Shown in pieces: positions 35,381 to 48,955 of a stretch of DNA of 50,801 nt. The notes under the pieces are model-generated. The model searched no databases. It worked only from the letters and a program-made list of their open reading frames with translations, and was not told the DNA's origin. The stretch comes from Octopus sinensis (lineage: Eukaryota), in the NCBI RefSeq assembly GCF_006345805.1, contig NW_021834274.1:1-50801 (forward strand). Reading direction: 5' to 3'. Both the position numbers and the translations under genes were made by a program. Each line of letters begins with the position of its first letter. Position 1 is the stretch's first letter.

Positions 35381-36110
35381 TCTCCCCTTGTCGTCCCCTA
35401 ATTCCCGCTTTCGCTTCCACACCGACTTCCATTTCCCCGTGCCTCCCAACTAAAGCTCTCACTGAGCTTGGAGCGTGTTTCTGTATCTCGAAGAAGGTAC
35501 ATCAAACAATTTTACGTGTGAGAACGTCCAGAAACGTCCGAGCAACAACACCGAGAAAACAGCAACAATAACAACAACAGCTCAGTAGCCAACATTAAGA
35601 TGTATCCATCCCCAGAACCAAGCAAACACCACCACCCACCCCAACATGCCATCGTGACAATTTCGCGCGCACAGACACAGATGAATATGCGCGTACATAC
35701 ACACGCTGAATGCGCCCTCCTCTAACAAAACCCCAAACATGACAATAGAATACAAACAAGGAAAATGTGGAGTGCAGAAAATGAAAAAGAAAAAACCGAA
35801 AATCGAAAAGCAAAACACTAAGGAATAAGATAGAAAATAACCAAGTCTAAAAAATATTGAAAGAAAAGAAGGCTTTAAAAGCTCGGCTTTTAAGTAGACA
35901 AGAAGGGTGTACACAACGCCATCTCTTAACCTGTGTAAGGGGAAGAAGGGAGAGGGAACGAAGGAGAAGGAAGAGGAGAAAAAAGAAGTAGCAAATAGGA
36001 CCTGAGCTTGCTGACTTTGGGATTTTATTTTGTGTATCCAGTGTATCAACTCGAGCTTTTATTATGCTTTCTATATTCATGCTATTGTATTAATGGGTTT
36101 ATTATCATCA

Positions 36111-36182
<72 letters not shown>

Positions 36183-36206
36183 CATCATTATTGCTATTAT
36201 TATTAT

Positions 36207-36603
36207 TCCTTCGTAACATAGAGTAGGTAAAAATGCACCGGAGTCTTTAGTCATCTGCCAAGTCACTAGCAAGGACCTCAGACATAATACTTTCCAGTTG
36301 CCTAAAGAAGTTTTAAAGTTTCAATACGATTGAGCCTAACGTTCCGATCACCACTGGTATCATTTTTAAATTACCCTCTCGCATTCCATACAATCTTGCC
36401 ATTTCCACTTTCAATTCGGAGTACCTGGGGATTTTTTCAACCTCTTCACTCACAACATTCATGTCATTTGGTATGGCTACATCGATCATCTGACGGCATC
36501 TATCTCTCTTATTCAATATGACAATATCCGGCCGACTGTGTTCGATTACACGATCCGTCTGAAAATCATAGTCCCAGAGTATCGTTAGTTTTCCATCCTC
36601 CTG
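36207..36603 (-). mobile_element. R4/Dong-clade LINE 3' fragment, second subfamily
   Basis: EDGKLTILWDYDFQTDRVIEHSRPDIVILNKRDRCRQMIDVAIPNDMNVVSEEVEKIPRY...IPVVIGTLG (PD..D..K-type RLE), with its 3' end on a (TAA)n array. Confidence 0.9.
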
Positions 36604-36608
36604 CTTAA

Positions 36609-36688
36609 ATTATACTAATACATCTGTTTGTTGTTTACACCACCTGTCTTTGTCTTTTGTTTTTTTTTGTGAATTCCCCCCCCCCCCA
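36609..36688 (+). mobile_element. 3' fragment of hammerhead element family 1 (no ribozyme left)
   Basis: TTATACTAATACATCTGTTTGTT..ACACCACCTGTCTT followed by a C-run and (AT)n. Confidence 0.7.
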
Positions 36689-36948
36689 TATATATATATA
36701 TATAAATCAAAGCAAAAAATGGAACAAGAACCCAACAGGCGCAAAAAAATATGCGGACAGTGAGACGATACAAAAATGGACAGAAAAGAAACAAGGACGG
36801 ATCATTTGCTTTTGGTCTCCTGTATGTAAGTACATACACGCACACATATATATATATATATATATTTGCAGAGAGAGCGAGAGGGGGGTACAGACTGGCA
36901 GACAGACAGATAAGTAGCTATCTAGCTATCTATCTTGCTAGATAAATG

Positions 36949-37235
<287 letters not shown>

Positions 37236-37554
37236 AGGGTGCCTATGCAATTTGATATGATATTCTTCTACTACTTAAGTATAACTTATGTTATCTAAAG
37301 TACTTATATTATAAATGCTGGTTGTTATTTAATCTAAAGTTAGCTTTAACCAGTGAGAGCCATGATCAAAGGCATTCCAGCCATGGTTATCATAATTTTT
37401 AGGGATAACTACGACAACGTTATCCATTGAGTTAATCCCTTTTTCAAGAAGGTGGGGTGTAACTTGTGATGTTTTTCCAAAAAGGTAGAGCGAAAGCGCA
37501 AAGGTGCTCTCGTATGCTCCTACCCGTGTTGATATACGTGAAAATTGAATATGT

Positions 37555-37721
37555 TTCCGATGTGTGGTAAGAACCTTGCTTCCCATCTACATGGTTCCGG
37601 GTTCAGTCCCATTGCGTTGCACCTTGGTCAAGTGTCTTATACTATAGCCTCGGGACGATCACAGCCTTGTGAGTGGATTTGGTAGACGGGAATTGGAAGA
37701 AGCCTGTTGTATATATATATA

Positions 37722-37767
<46 letters not shown>

Positions 37768-37980
37768 CGTGTGTGCGTGCGTGTTTTCGTGTCTGTGTTT
37801 GTCCCACCACCACCACAATCGCTGGACAATCGGTGCTGATGTCCTTACGTCCCTGTTACTCAGCGGTTGGGCAAAAGAGATCGATAAAACAAGTACTTCG
37901 CTCGATTTGTTCAGCTAAAACACTTCAAGGCGGTGCACCAACATGGCTGCAGTCAAATGACTGAAACAAGCAAAAGATAG
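37555..37980 (+). mobile_element. SINE family A (diverged)
   Basis: Head, core, TA/TG centre and CAGTCAAATGACTGAAAC tail. Confidence 0.88.
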
Positions 37981-38670
37981 AATATTATAACAGAAAGATA
38001 TGAGAAGAGGGAAGAGCTAAATACAGCCAGGCATTAAGTGAGACTTATGAGATTATGTGGCTTTCATACTTGCATGGTTCTCATTAGAAACACAAGGGCA
38101 ACAGTAGCTAATCTAATTAAACTGGAATAAAAAGAAGTTATGAGACTTGGTTCTTTATCGCCAGAAAATAACTTCGTTCTTATTATCGCTGTAAAATGGT
38201 GGAATCGATAGAGAACTGTATAAAATAGTTTGTTGTGTTTACTTTTGTTTACTTTATGGTCTTAGTTAAGAAGATACATCCTAGTTCAACTCAGATTTAT
38301 ATTTTTGTCTATTTTTATTGTTTTTTATTTCTTCTGCGATCAATAAAGCAAGTTCGTATTTGTGGTTCGTTTGAAGAGACTATAAGACATCCCAACGAAA
38401 TAATACGATGTCTAACGTAGAAATGGTCTGCAATATGATTTCCATGCCACGGAGGGTATCCGAGTGTTATGCTGTAATCAACCTGAACTATGGAAAGAAA
38501 TCGAGGACGCAATCGAAGCCTTTAACTTATCTTTTACTTGCTTCAATCATTAGACCACGGCCGTGCTGGAGCACTACTTTGAATTTTTATTCGAATGAAT
38601 GAATCAAACCAGTACTCATTTTTTAGCTTAGTACTTAGTCTATCAGTCACTTTTTTCCCTTATCTGTGTT

Positions 38671-38734
<64 letters not shown>

Positions 38735-39076
38735 AGCATAATTAGCGGTTGGAATAACCGACTAAGTGATAAGAGTATCCGTTCTCACTACCGGTATCAA
38801 TTACCTATGTTAACCCTGGGTATAGGTATGCAAGCACACTATGCTCATAAGGTACTAACAGAATAAACAACTGTTTATCAGGATTCTAATTTAAAGGAAG
38901 CAGAAAATGGAGAAAACTTTTGATCAACAAACAGACCAACACCGGTTAATTATTTTTTTATACAGTTTTGTTCATCAATTTATTTTCTATTTTCTACTTT
39001 AACTATATAGATATAATATATATATATAATATATATAGATATATATATATATATAATGTATGCATGAATATACTAT

Positions 39077-39233
39077 AGGCTTCTTTCAGTTTCCGTCTTT
39101 CAAATCTACTGATAAGGCTTTGGTCGGATGAGGCTATAGTAGAAAACACTTGCTTAAGGTATCACTCAGCGGTACTAAACCGGAAGTACGTGGTTGGGAA
39201 GCAAGCTTCTTACGACACAACCACGCATGCGCC
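39077..39233 (-). mobile_element. SINE family A 5' half
   Basis: Reverse-complement head and core. Confidence 0.8.
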
Positions 39234-39331
39234 AATATACAAACAATTTATACAGATTTATACATTTATATACGAAAATAGAATTTTAAAATTTTATAAA
39301 ACATGGATTTTTTTGTTACCCGGTTGTTCTT

Positions 39332-39544
39332 AATAATCTTTTCTATTCTAGGCACAAGGCTCGGAATTTTCCGGGAGGAGGCCTGTTGATTAGATCTACC
39401 CCAGTGCGCAACTGGTACTTAATTTATTGACCCCGAAAGTATGGAAGGCAAAGTCGACGAATTTGAACTCAAGACGTAATGACAAACGAAATACCGCTAA
39501 ACATTTCGCCCTACGTACTAACGTTCGTGCCAGCTCGCCGCCTT
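39332..39544 (-). mobile_element. SINE family B monomer
   Basis: Full head to tail. Confidence 0.88.
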
Positions 39545-40674
39545 CGGTAGCTCTTAATAATCAGTAATAATGTAACTGCAAAATGGCACGGTTGGTATGG
39601 CGCCGAACAAAAATATCTTGCAGTATTTAGTTACATTTTTTCATGCTCTGAGTTTAAATCCCACTATAGACAGTAATTATAAGCTCTGCATCTGATTCAA
39701 TCAGCTAAGCTCTCTTCCTAGAATCCGCAGTCTTGTGCCAATATAACGGATAATTTTTTAATATATCATGGAATATCAGTATCAGCTGCACGTTGAACAA
39801 AGTTCCCTGTAGTGTTTAGCTGTGGCTCCTTAGATTCTGAATCCAAATTACGCCGGGGTGAATCTGACCTTCATACTTTCGAATTCGATGAAATCACTAA
39901 GGAGACATTGTTAGTGATGTTTTACCCAAAGGATGTTTCGCCTTCCAACCGTGATCATTCTTTCTTTTAATATAGCCACATCTACAAAAATCTTAATCTG
40001 ATGTCCTTCCGTTTTATTTATGACACGATAGGAACCTGCGAGGATGAGGCTATTATTTCTAAGCAGCTCGGAAGTCTGAATGGGATTCTCTCTCATTGCC
40101 TTGATAAATACCTGCTGTGTACTGGGGGCGTTTGCAAAGCACAGTTACCTCCTTTCAAGTTCGTAAACATTATGTTTTTATTAAAAATCTTACTTAACAC
40201 TAATTATTTCTACATTATTGCTTATAAAGACAGCAAATTGTTAGAGAAGTCAGATCGTCAGGCAGAATACATTGCAGTCTCAGATCCAACTCTTTAGCTC
40301 TAAATTCGAATCTCATCGATGTCCACCATGTCTTATCCATTCACTCGAGATCCATACAATTAAACTTGCAGCCCAGAAGGTGAAGTTGCAAACTTATTAG
40401 GGTATAGAGTGGGAGACCTTGTAGTACTTGTTCTTGGTCTTCATGTTCTATGGAAGACCCCTGTGACGTAGAAATGGGGCGGACTGAATGTATGGACATT
40501 TGCTAAACTTGTACAAGAAATCTTGTTCAGACCTGCCGTTTAGAACGAAATTTCCAGGTTCTTATACTCGGATCCATTATAAGAAAGGACGAAGACCAGG
40601 GACTTGCCATAAACTTATTTGGCAATCAAATCTGGGTGCGGAGAAAAGGGAAAAGATGAAAATATAAAGTTAAC

Positions 40675-40888
40675 CCAAACATGAAAACACAAAGAGAAAA
40701 CACAACAACGCGAGGACGTGGAACAAGTACAGTGTTATTGGACGCTCAGGAAAAGAAAGAAAGAAGGAGGAATTACCGTTTCGAGCGGAGCTCTTCGTCG
40801 GAAACATAGGAAAAGGAAAGATCCAAGGAAGGGAAGAAGGAAGAAAAAAATTGCTTACGATACACATGCGGTCACATATTGAAAACGA
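40675..40888 (-). mobile_element. Hammerhead element family 2 (related to family 1; motif 40771-40805)
   Basis: GTTT CCGACGA A GAGC TCC GCTC GAAAC G GTA. Shares ACGCTCAGGA with family 1 and has (TA)n at one end. Confidence 0.6.
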
Positions 40889-40923
40889 AATATATATATA
40901 TATAATATATATATATATATATT

Positions 40924-40976
<53 letters not shown>

Positions 40977-41303
40977 AAGAGACAGAAATTTAGATATAGA
41001 TGTAGATATAAAACTGAGGCAAAATTAAAATCAAATTATATAATCTCATAGAAGTTATCGAAGAAATTTATATAAAAATTAGAAACATGGATTGAGGGGA
41101 CAAGAGACCTATTGGCAGTATTTCCCTTGTGATATCTGAGATAGCTCCAGCTGGACGGCTTTCATTTCCTCGTTACCAACTAGATTGGTGGCATATAAAT
41201 GTTGTTACTGTGGTCAAACCTCTTTGTCTCTTGTGGCTAAAAAGGGCTCCAATCGGTTGTCATTCTCGTCAATCATGTTTATTTTTGGTAGAGTTTTTAT
41301 TGT

Positions 41304-41695
41304 TACTCTTTTACTTGTTTCAGTCATTTGACTGCGGCCATGCTGGAGCAACGCCTTTAGTCGAGCAAATCGACCCTGGGACTTATTCTTTGTAAGCCCA
41401 GTACTTATTCTATCGGTCCGTTTTGCCGAACCGCTAAGTGACGGGGACGTAAACACACCAGCATCGGTTGTCAAGCAATGCTAGGGGGACAAACACAGAC
41501 ACACAAAACATATACACACACGCTTTATATATCATATATACGACAGGCTTCTTCTTTCAGTTTCCGTCTACCAAATCCCTCACAAGCATTGGTCGGCCCG
41601 GGGCTATAGCAGAAGACACTTGCCCAAGATGCCACGCAGTGGGACTGAACCCGGAACCATGTGGTTGGTTAGCAAGCTACTTACCACCCAGCCAC
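41304..41695 (-). mobile_element. SINE family A
   Basis: Near full-length reverse-complement copy. Confidence 0.92.
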
Positions 41696-42397
41696 ATTAC
41701 CAACGGTATTCCAACCGTGCCCATATAGGAAATTATACACATGCACATACATACAAACGCATGCACACACATATATGTACAAGTGAGTGCGCGCGCATTT
41801 CATTGTGCTTCCTCGTTTCGTTTGTGTATATGCATGTGTGTACGTGTGTGTGCGCATGTGTGTACGTGTGTATTTGTCTGTGTATGTTTGTGTGCGTGCG
41901 TGTGTGTATGTGTATACATCTTTCTATTTATATGTTTATTTGTGTATATTTTGTATGAGCAAATGTGTCTTTACGCATGATAAAAAATCCTTTATTTTTG
42001 TGATTCCTTTCGTTTTTTTGTTGTTGTTATCCTTTCCTCCTTTCTTTCTATTCTCCCAGTAATTTATCATTTTATTTGTTTATTTATTGTCAGTATATAG
42101 TCCAGTGAAAGGTATTGTTTAGCGCTGATATCCAATGGGATAAACGCTGATCCGATATGCTGACGTCAATTGCGTTATAATGCCCATTTCAATGGTTACA
42201 TATCTTATCGTATCAAAAAGTCATACGTCTTGGATGATAGTTAGCTAACGTGTTTTCCTATCACAGCCAGTTATCTCCTCTTGGCTGAGTAACGGTTGCA
42301 CCTATCAAGACAGATTTACAAACTGTCTCAGCAGACATTTTCAATGTGTCACCCTGTCTAGCTGGCAGCCATAGACTGAACCAAGCGTTTACGTAGA

Positions 42398-43072
42398 ATG
42401 GAGGTGGCGATGGAGACGGCGGTGGCCGAGGCGGTGGCGGCAGTAACGATGATGGTGGTGGAGGTAATGGTGGTAGTGGAGGCGATGGTGGTGATGGTGA
42501 TGGTGATGATGGTGGTGGTAATAGTTGTGTAGTATCGGCGGTGGTTGATATAGTGGTCATGGTGATTCTAGCTGTGGTGCGTGGCAGTGGTGACGACGAT
42601 GGTGGTGGAGGTGATGGTAGTTGTGGTGGTGGTGGTAGTGGTGGTGGTGATAGTTGTGCTGGTGGTGGTGATGGTGGTGGTAATAGCTGTGTAGTATCGG
42701 TGGTGGTTGATATAGTGGTCGTGGTGATTCTAGCAGTGGTGCGTAGCAGTGGTGACGACGATGGTGGTGGGGTTGATTATTGTAGTTCGTGGTGGCGGTG
42801 ATGTTGGCGGTAGTGGTGGTGGTGGTTTGTAATAGTAGTAGCGTTTGTTGGTGATGTTGGTACTGGTGCTGCCGAAAGTGGAGGCGGCGGTAGCAGTGGT
42901 GGTTTTGCTGGAGGTGGTGTTGATGGTGGTGGTGTTAGCGTTGATGGTAATGGTGACGATTTTGATGGTGGTGGTATTGTTATTTGTAGTGATGATAATC
43001 GAGGTTGCGATGCTGGTGTTGTTCCTCTGCTTCTAATGGATTTTAGTGATGATGGAGGCGGAGATGAAGAGT
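42398..43072. repeat. GGT/GAT cryptic low-complexity tract with a 162-bp-period internal duplication
   Basis: GATGGTGGTGGTAATAG(T/C)TGTGTAGTATCGG... at 42508 and 42670. Confidence 0.85.
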
Positions 43073-43195
43073 AAGATGTGCGCATGCGTATACTATGTAA
43101 TTTGGCGTGCGACGAACAATTTTCTCTTGATTTCCTTTGCAGAGTTTGTCAAAGTCTACTGAAAGCACATCCATATTGCCACACGAGCGCGCGCG

Positions 43196-43234
<39 letters not shown>

Positions 43235-43324
43235 ATATGCATACACACACATACACACATTAGAAAATGATAGATACATACACACAAGTACAGCAAAACT
43301 TACTGATACACCAACAGAACATCA

Positions 43325-43366
<42 letters not shown>

Positions 43367-43769
43367 TTCACAAGCACATATACTGCTGTACAAACTGACT
43401 TTCATTGACATATAAATGCTTATATACACACCGCCATATACACACGCTCAGCCATAGATATACATCAGTGATGAGGGTAGGGTGTAATATTTATGTAGAT
43501 CTATTCATATACATCGCGATATCACATTGCATCTATCACATTTTTTATCGACACGTCTCAACGCATGGATAATTCTCCATTTCCCAGTATGTAATAAAGA
43601 GGATAGCAGTAGGTGCGCACACGCGACCAGACAAACGAACATACACACACATACTGAAGAAAATAGCGACACAGCTGTACATACGCGTAATAACACATGC
43701 ACATACGCTCTCCTTAAAACTTTCTATTTAGTAATATATCTGTTCGTGCATCTACCTACTATCTATCTA

Positions 43770-43804
43770 TCTATCTATCTATCTATATATATTATATATA
43801 TATA

Positions 43805-43858
<54 letters not shown>

Positions 43859-44183
43859 CCTACCTACTTACCTACGTTTGCAACTGTTTGCATAATTATA
43901 AAAATATACATATTTATCTCTTCTCTCATTGTGCATAACTGTATATATTTGCCTGCGTATATGTATGTATTTATGCGTATGCATATATATATATATATAT
44001 ATATAATATATATATATACATATATATATATGTGTGTGTGTGAGTGAGTGTCTGTATACGTGTGTGTGTTTATGCTACTTAGATACAGATATATATGCGT
44101 ATATATATGTATATTTATATATATGTACATATATATACATACATACACATACATATATATTATATATGTAATATAAATACACA

Positions 44184-44233
<50 letters not shown>

Positions 44234-44339
44234 CATATACATGTATATATGTATATATATATACATACATACACATACATATATATATGTATATATAAAT
44301 ACACACACACATACACACATATGTATATACACATGTATA

Positions 44340-44372
<33 letters not shown>

Positions 44373-44380
44373 CATACATA
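43770..44380. repeat. Compound ATCT/TA/CA microsatellite region
   Basis: Directly visible. Confidence 0.9.
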
Positions 44381-44473
44381 AATATACGGCTCTTTACCAA
44401 CGTCCCTTTTACCTGATTAATAATGAAAAGTGAGAAAACGTCACATTGTTATCTATGGAGGCAATAATACAAA

Positions 44474-44516
<43 letters not shown>

Positions 44517-44704
44517 TTGTGTGTGTGTGTTTGTGTGTGTTTGGTAAGAAAAAGAGAGAAGAAGGAAGGAGAAAGGAAGGAAAAAGAAAAGAAGGAGTTC
44601 TTGGTCCCACCTGAGTCTGACATGTCCAGAATTTCGATCAATCATCGATGAAGCTTTCGCGAGAAATGATCGGATTAACACAGCACGGAAACATAAACCG
44701 GAAA

Positions 44705-45430
44705 CCACCACCACCACCACCACCACCACCACCAACACCACCACCACCACCACCACCAACACCACCACCACCAACACCACCAACACCACCACCACCACCA
44801 CAACCACACCACACCACACCACCACTATCTCTACCATTACTACGACCACAACTAAACTGCTACATCTTTAACATCACCACCACCAACTCCACTACCATCA
44901 CAATTACCGCAACAAACTCTGCTTCTACTATAACTACAACCACCACCAAAACCTTCACTACCATCACCACTAGCACCACATCGTTACCACCATTTCTAAT
45001 AACACCACTGCCATCACTACCACTACAACAACCACCCACCATAGCTTCCATTACAATTATAACTAGCAACGTCCTTCTACCACAACCAACACTACCACAG
45101 TCACCATTATCATCAAAACTACCACCACAGCTTTACCACAACCACTCCCACAACATCAGCACCAGCACCAGCGTGAACACTACTATTACCAACACCAAGC
45201 CACAATCCCCAGCGCCATCACTACCACCGTCACAACCACCACCATCACCAACACTACAACTACCACTGCTACGGCTATGAATATCACTGTTATTATTACC
45301 ACATACTATGGCCATAACTACAGCCAGCACTATCATTTTCACTCATGTAACAACAAAAACAAATATAGCTAAGACAATAACAACAACTACTGCAATAACC
45401 ACAACAATAAAAACAACAACAACAACTATA
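44705..45430. repeat. ACC/ACA cryptic low-complexity tract
   Basis: Directly visible; gives a spurious Pro/Thr ORF. Confidence 0.85.
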
Positions 45431-45559
45431 TCACCATTTGGTGTCCGTTTTTAAGAACAGTTTTATAATGTTGACGATGATCATTTTTGTTGCCTATCAG
45501 CGACAATATTTGGCAATGGCCACGATGGTCATCGATATCAACAAGAAACAACAATAACA

Positions 45560-45985
45560 ATTAGTCGATGCAAGGTTTGGACATTTTGGAGTGGAACTGG
45601 CGACAAAAAATGTAAGTGTAATAGAAGTGAGACGCAAGAGACGACTCATAAGTATCTCGGACATAGAACACATGACGAATAACAAAGTGAGGATGAGAAT
45701 AATTAGACCACACAAGGATCTGCTGGCAAATATAAAGACAAGGAAACTAAAATTGTATGACCATCTCACAAGAAGCTCTGGCTTAGCAAAGATAATCCTG
45801 CAAGACGCATTGGAAGGTGAGCGAAAGCAAAGCAGGCAAGGAAAAGATAGGTTAGTAACATCCAAGAGTGAACAGGTCTTAATTTCACCGACTCACAGAG
45901 AGCAGTAGAAGACCGAGAGAAGTCTCGAAATACGGTTGCCACGTCATCAGCGTTTGCCCCAAAGACCACACGACCACGATCAAGG
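45560..45985 (+). pseudogene. RTE-clade LINE 3' relic (RT C-terminus)
   Basis: RRLISISDIEHMTNNKVRMRIIRPHKDLLANIKTRKLKLYDHLTRSSGLAKIILQDALEGERKQSRQ matches the RTE H.TN.EV...RKL.W.GH.TR..GLAKTILQG..EG.R motif order. Confidence 0.85.
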
Positions 45986-46584
45986 AATAGGATAGAAGAG
46001 ATTGGTAAAATAGAATAAGCAGGTGAGTGGGTCAATGTGTTGAGATATCTCTCAGATCAGAGGTTAACAAGTTATGTTACCATTGAACCCATTTTTTCAG
46101 CGGCTTTCAAATTGACAAAGATCAACACCAAATTCTAAACCAAGATATTGGTAAAATTGTTGCTTCATTTCTTCTTTTCAGCAATGAGAGGACACTATTT
46201 AAAAACTGGGGCGAGCTAGTAGGCGATGTTTGTTTGGTACGAGCTGATATGAATTGCTTCTGACGAAGCAAATAAACAGAAATCCAGATCTATCAATTTG
46301 ATTATCACCGCTAGGCGACCCTCACCTGCTGCTGCTAAAATTATTCTGCGCTATACGTCTATATGAGATGCTTTCTCGAGACGAACACTGCAGTTTAGAA
46401 TGCTTTCGACGGTAAATATAATTTAAGTATATCTACAGATCGCAAATTTTGAGGTTATGCTGCTTCTGTCGCAAATAATGGCAAAATAGAGTTTGCAACT
46501 ATGCAGTTCCTTTTAGTTTACTATAGCGTTGGATAAGTTCAATAGGTTGGACATCATCTTAATTTTTTTTTTAAATTGAAAAAA

Positions 46585-46930
46585 GGCGCAGGAATTGCAG
46601 TGTGGTAAGTAGCTTGCTTACCAACCTCATGGTTCCGGGTTCATTCCCACTGCGTGGCACGTTGGGCAAATGTCTTCAACTATATCCTCGGGCCGACCAA
46701 AGCCTTGTGTGTGGATTTGGTAGATAGAAACTGAAAGAAGCCTGTCGTATATATGTATATATATATATATATACATATATCTATATATATATATATATGT
46801 ATGTATTAATGTGTGTGTCTGTGTTTGTCCCCACAACACAGGCAAACAGTCGATTTGTTCGACTAAAGGCGGTGCTCTAGCATGGCCGCAGTCAAATGAC
46901 TGAAACCAGTAAGAGAATAAAGAAATAGAA
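46585..46930 (+). mobile_element. SINE family A with an internal deletion in the 3' half
   Basis: Head GGCGCAGGAATTGCAGTGTGGTAAG; the 3' half jumps to GTCGATTTGTTCGAC. Confidence 0.88.
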
Positions 46931-47666
46931 TACACACACACACACACGCACGCGTATATATATATATATATATATATATCATATATGTGTTTGTATGTTT
47001 GTGTGCACGTATATATATGTATGTGAATATACATACGCATGTATGTTCATGTGTGTATAGGTAGTATGTTTAAATGTAAATATATACATATTCTGTGTGT
47101 GTGTGCGCGCGTATGTATGTGTGCGTGTGTGTACAAGTGAAAAAAATGTATTTATGTATGTACGAATCAATGTATGTACCAATTTATCCGTATATGCGTG
47201 CGTTTATTGAGGAATGACGCAAAGAGAAAATAAAAGATGGAAAAGAGATAAAAACCGATTATAAAGATTATAAAATTGGATCGAATCTGGCAGAATCGAA
47301 TTGGGTGGGATGGGAGGTTATGGGTTAGTAAGGTTCTGATCGATGACTAGTTGGATGGATGGTTGGACGGATGGCTTGTTCGCTGTCATTGGGATCGGTG
47401 CTAACGCCAAATATCAATGAAGATAACAGAAACGTCAATCGCGAACAAAGAAAACAATAACAAAAATGATAATGGTAAAAGAATGTGGAAGGAATTCTTG
47501 TAGAATCGATCCATCATCGTATAAGGAAGCTCTATAAAATATTAAGAGGGATTGACGGAAGATTTCCGATTGTTAAAGACACATCTTTCAACAAGAAATA
47601 TCAGAACTGGTTTTAAAAAGAGAGAGAGGGAGAAAAAAAAATGAATAGAAATGAATAAGAGAAAGC

Positions 47667-47733
<67 letters not shown>

Positions 47734-47897
47734 TTGCCAATTAAAACAAATAAACAAATAATTTTAAAACAGAGAATAAATCAATATGCAAAAAGAAAAC
47801 CAATATATTTAAAAAATGAAATTAAATGTATGAGCATTAACGAAATTTCATATATACTTATATGGGTGTATATACATTAGTACAACATATATATATA

Positions 47898-47940
<43 letters not shown>

Positions 47941-48275
47941 TATATACATACATATATATTATATATATATATATGTATGTATATGCATATATATAATATA
48001 TATATATATATATACACACACACAGATAGTTAAAAATAAATAGATACGTGTAATTATATATACGTATATGTATGTATATATGTGTATGTGTGTTCGAGCG
48101 CGTATGGCTAAAGCTTAGATGATTATATGACATCGATGCCGTTGATGAGGTGTTCGACCATGACAACAACTATAAACATGATTAAATTCTAATCATAATT
48201 ATAAATCTGAGGGGAGGCACACCGCTGATCACAGCCAGCATCATTTATATCTAAGTATGCGTGCATGTAAGTATG

Positions 48276-48309
<34 letters not shown>

Positions 48310-48629
48310 TGTATGTATGTATGTATGTATGTATGTATGAGTGTTTGTATGCGTATGTGTCTGTGAGTGTGTCTGTGTGTGTGTGTGAAAAAAGCCCTGT
48401 GTTGCCTTATAAATTTGCAAATTTGCATAAACTAGCACAAACGGTTATGCACAAATCTGCACATTTCTTCATATTTCCATTGGAAATAATTACTATTTGG
48501 AAACCGAAGACAATATGTATATACATATGTGTGTATACATATTTATATGCATATATGTACACACACAGACACACACATATATGCATATATATAATGATAA
48601 TATTATATATATGCAAATGTATATGCATA

Positions 48630-48679
<50 letters not shown>

Positions 48680-48682
48680 TAT

Positions 48683-48955
48683 ATGGGTACAGGACGTCTC
48701 CAACAGTGTAAACAACATGAAATACTTAGATAAACGGGTTAAATACGCGAACAACGAGAGAAAAAATTGGAAAACAGGACAAGTAAACATAGAAAGACAA
48801 CATCTCATGAGTCGTCGGTTGTCCGTCTACTCCTCATTTCGAGCATTCAACGACAATATGAGTGTTCAAAGACACTTACTACCATAAATTCTAAAATGAA
48901 ATTTGGGATTTATGGAGGTTCAAAGTTGGGAACAAAAGCAGGACAGTGAAGACAT
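48683..48955. mobile_element. TA-array-adjacent short element, Penelope-LTR-like, no intact ribozyme
   Basis: Begins directly at a (TA)n array. The minus strand has CTCGAAAT and CTCATGA remnants. Confidence 0.35.

Noticed and set aside
42160-42180. TGACGTCA (CRE) with nearby CCAAT and TATAAT words as a promoter
   Set aside because: Short motifs are expected by chance and no downstream gene is supported.
44648-45280. 210-aa Pro/Thr extensin- or mucin-like ORF
   Set aside because: It is an ACC/ACA low-complexity tract, where stop codons are compositionally rare.
46250-46300. CTGACGA...GAAAT CCAG ATC hammerhead-like spacing
   Set aside because: Stem II does not pair and the base of stem I is mismatched.
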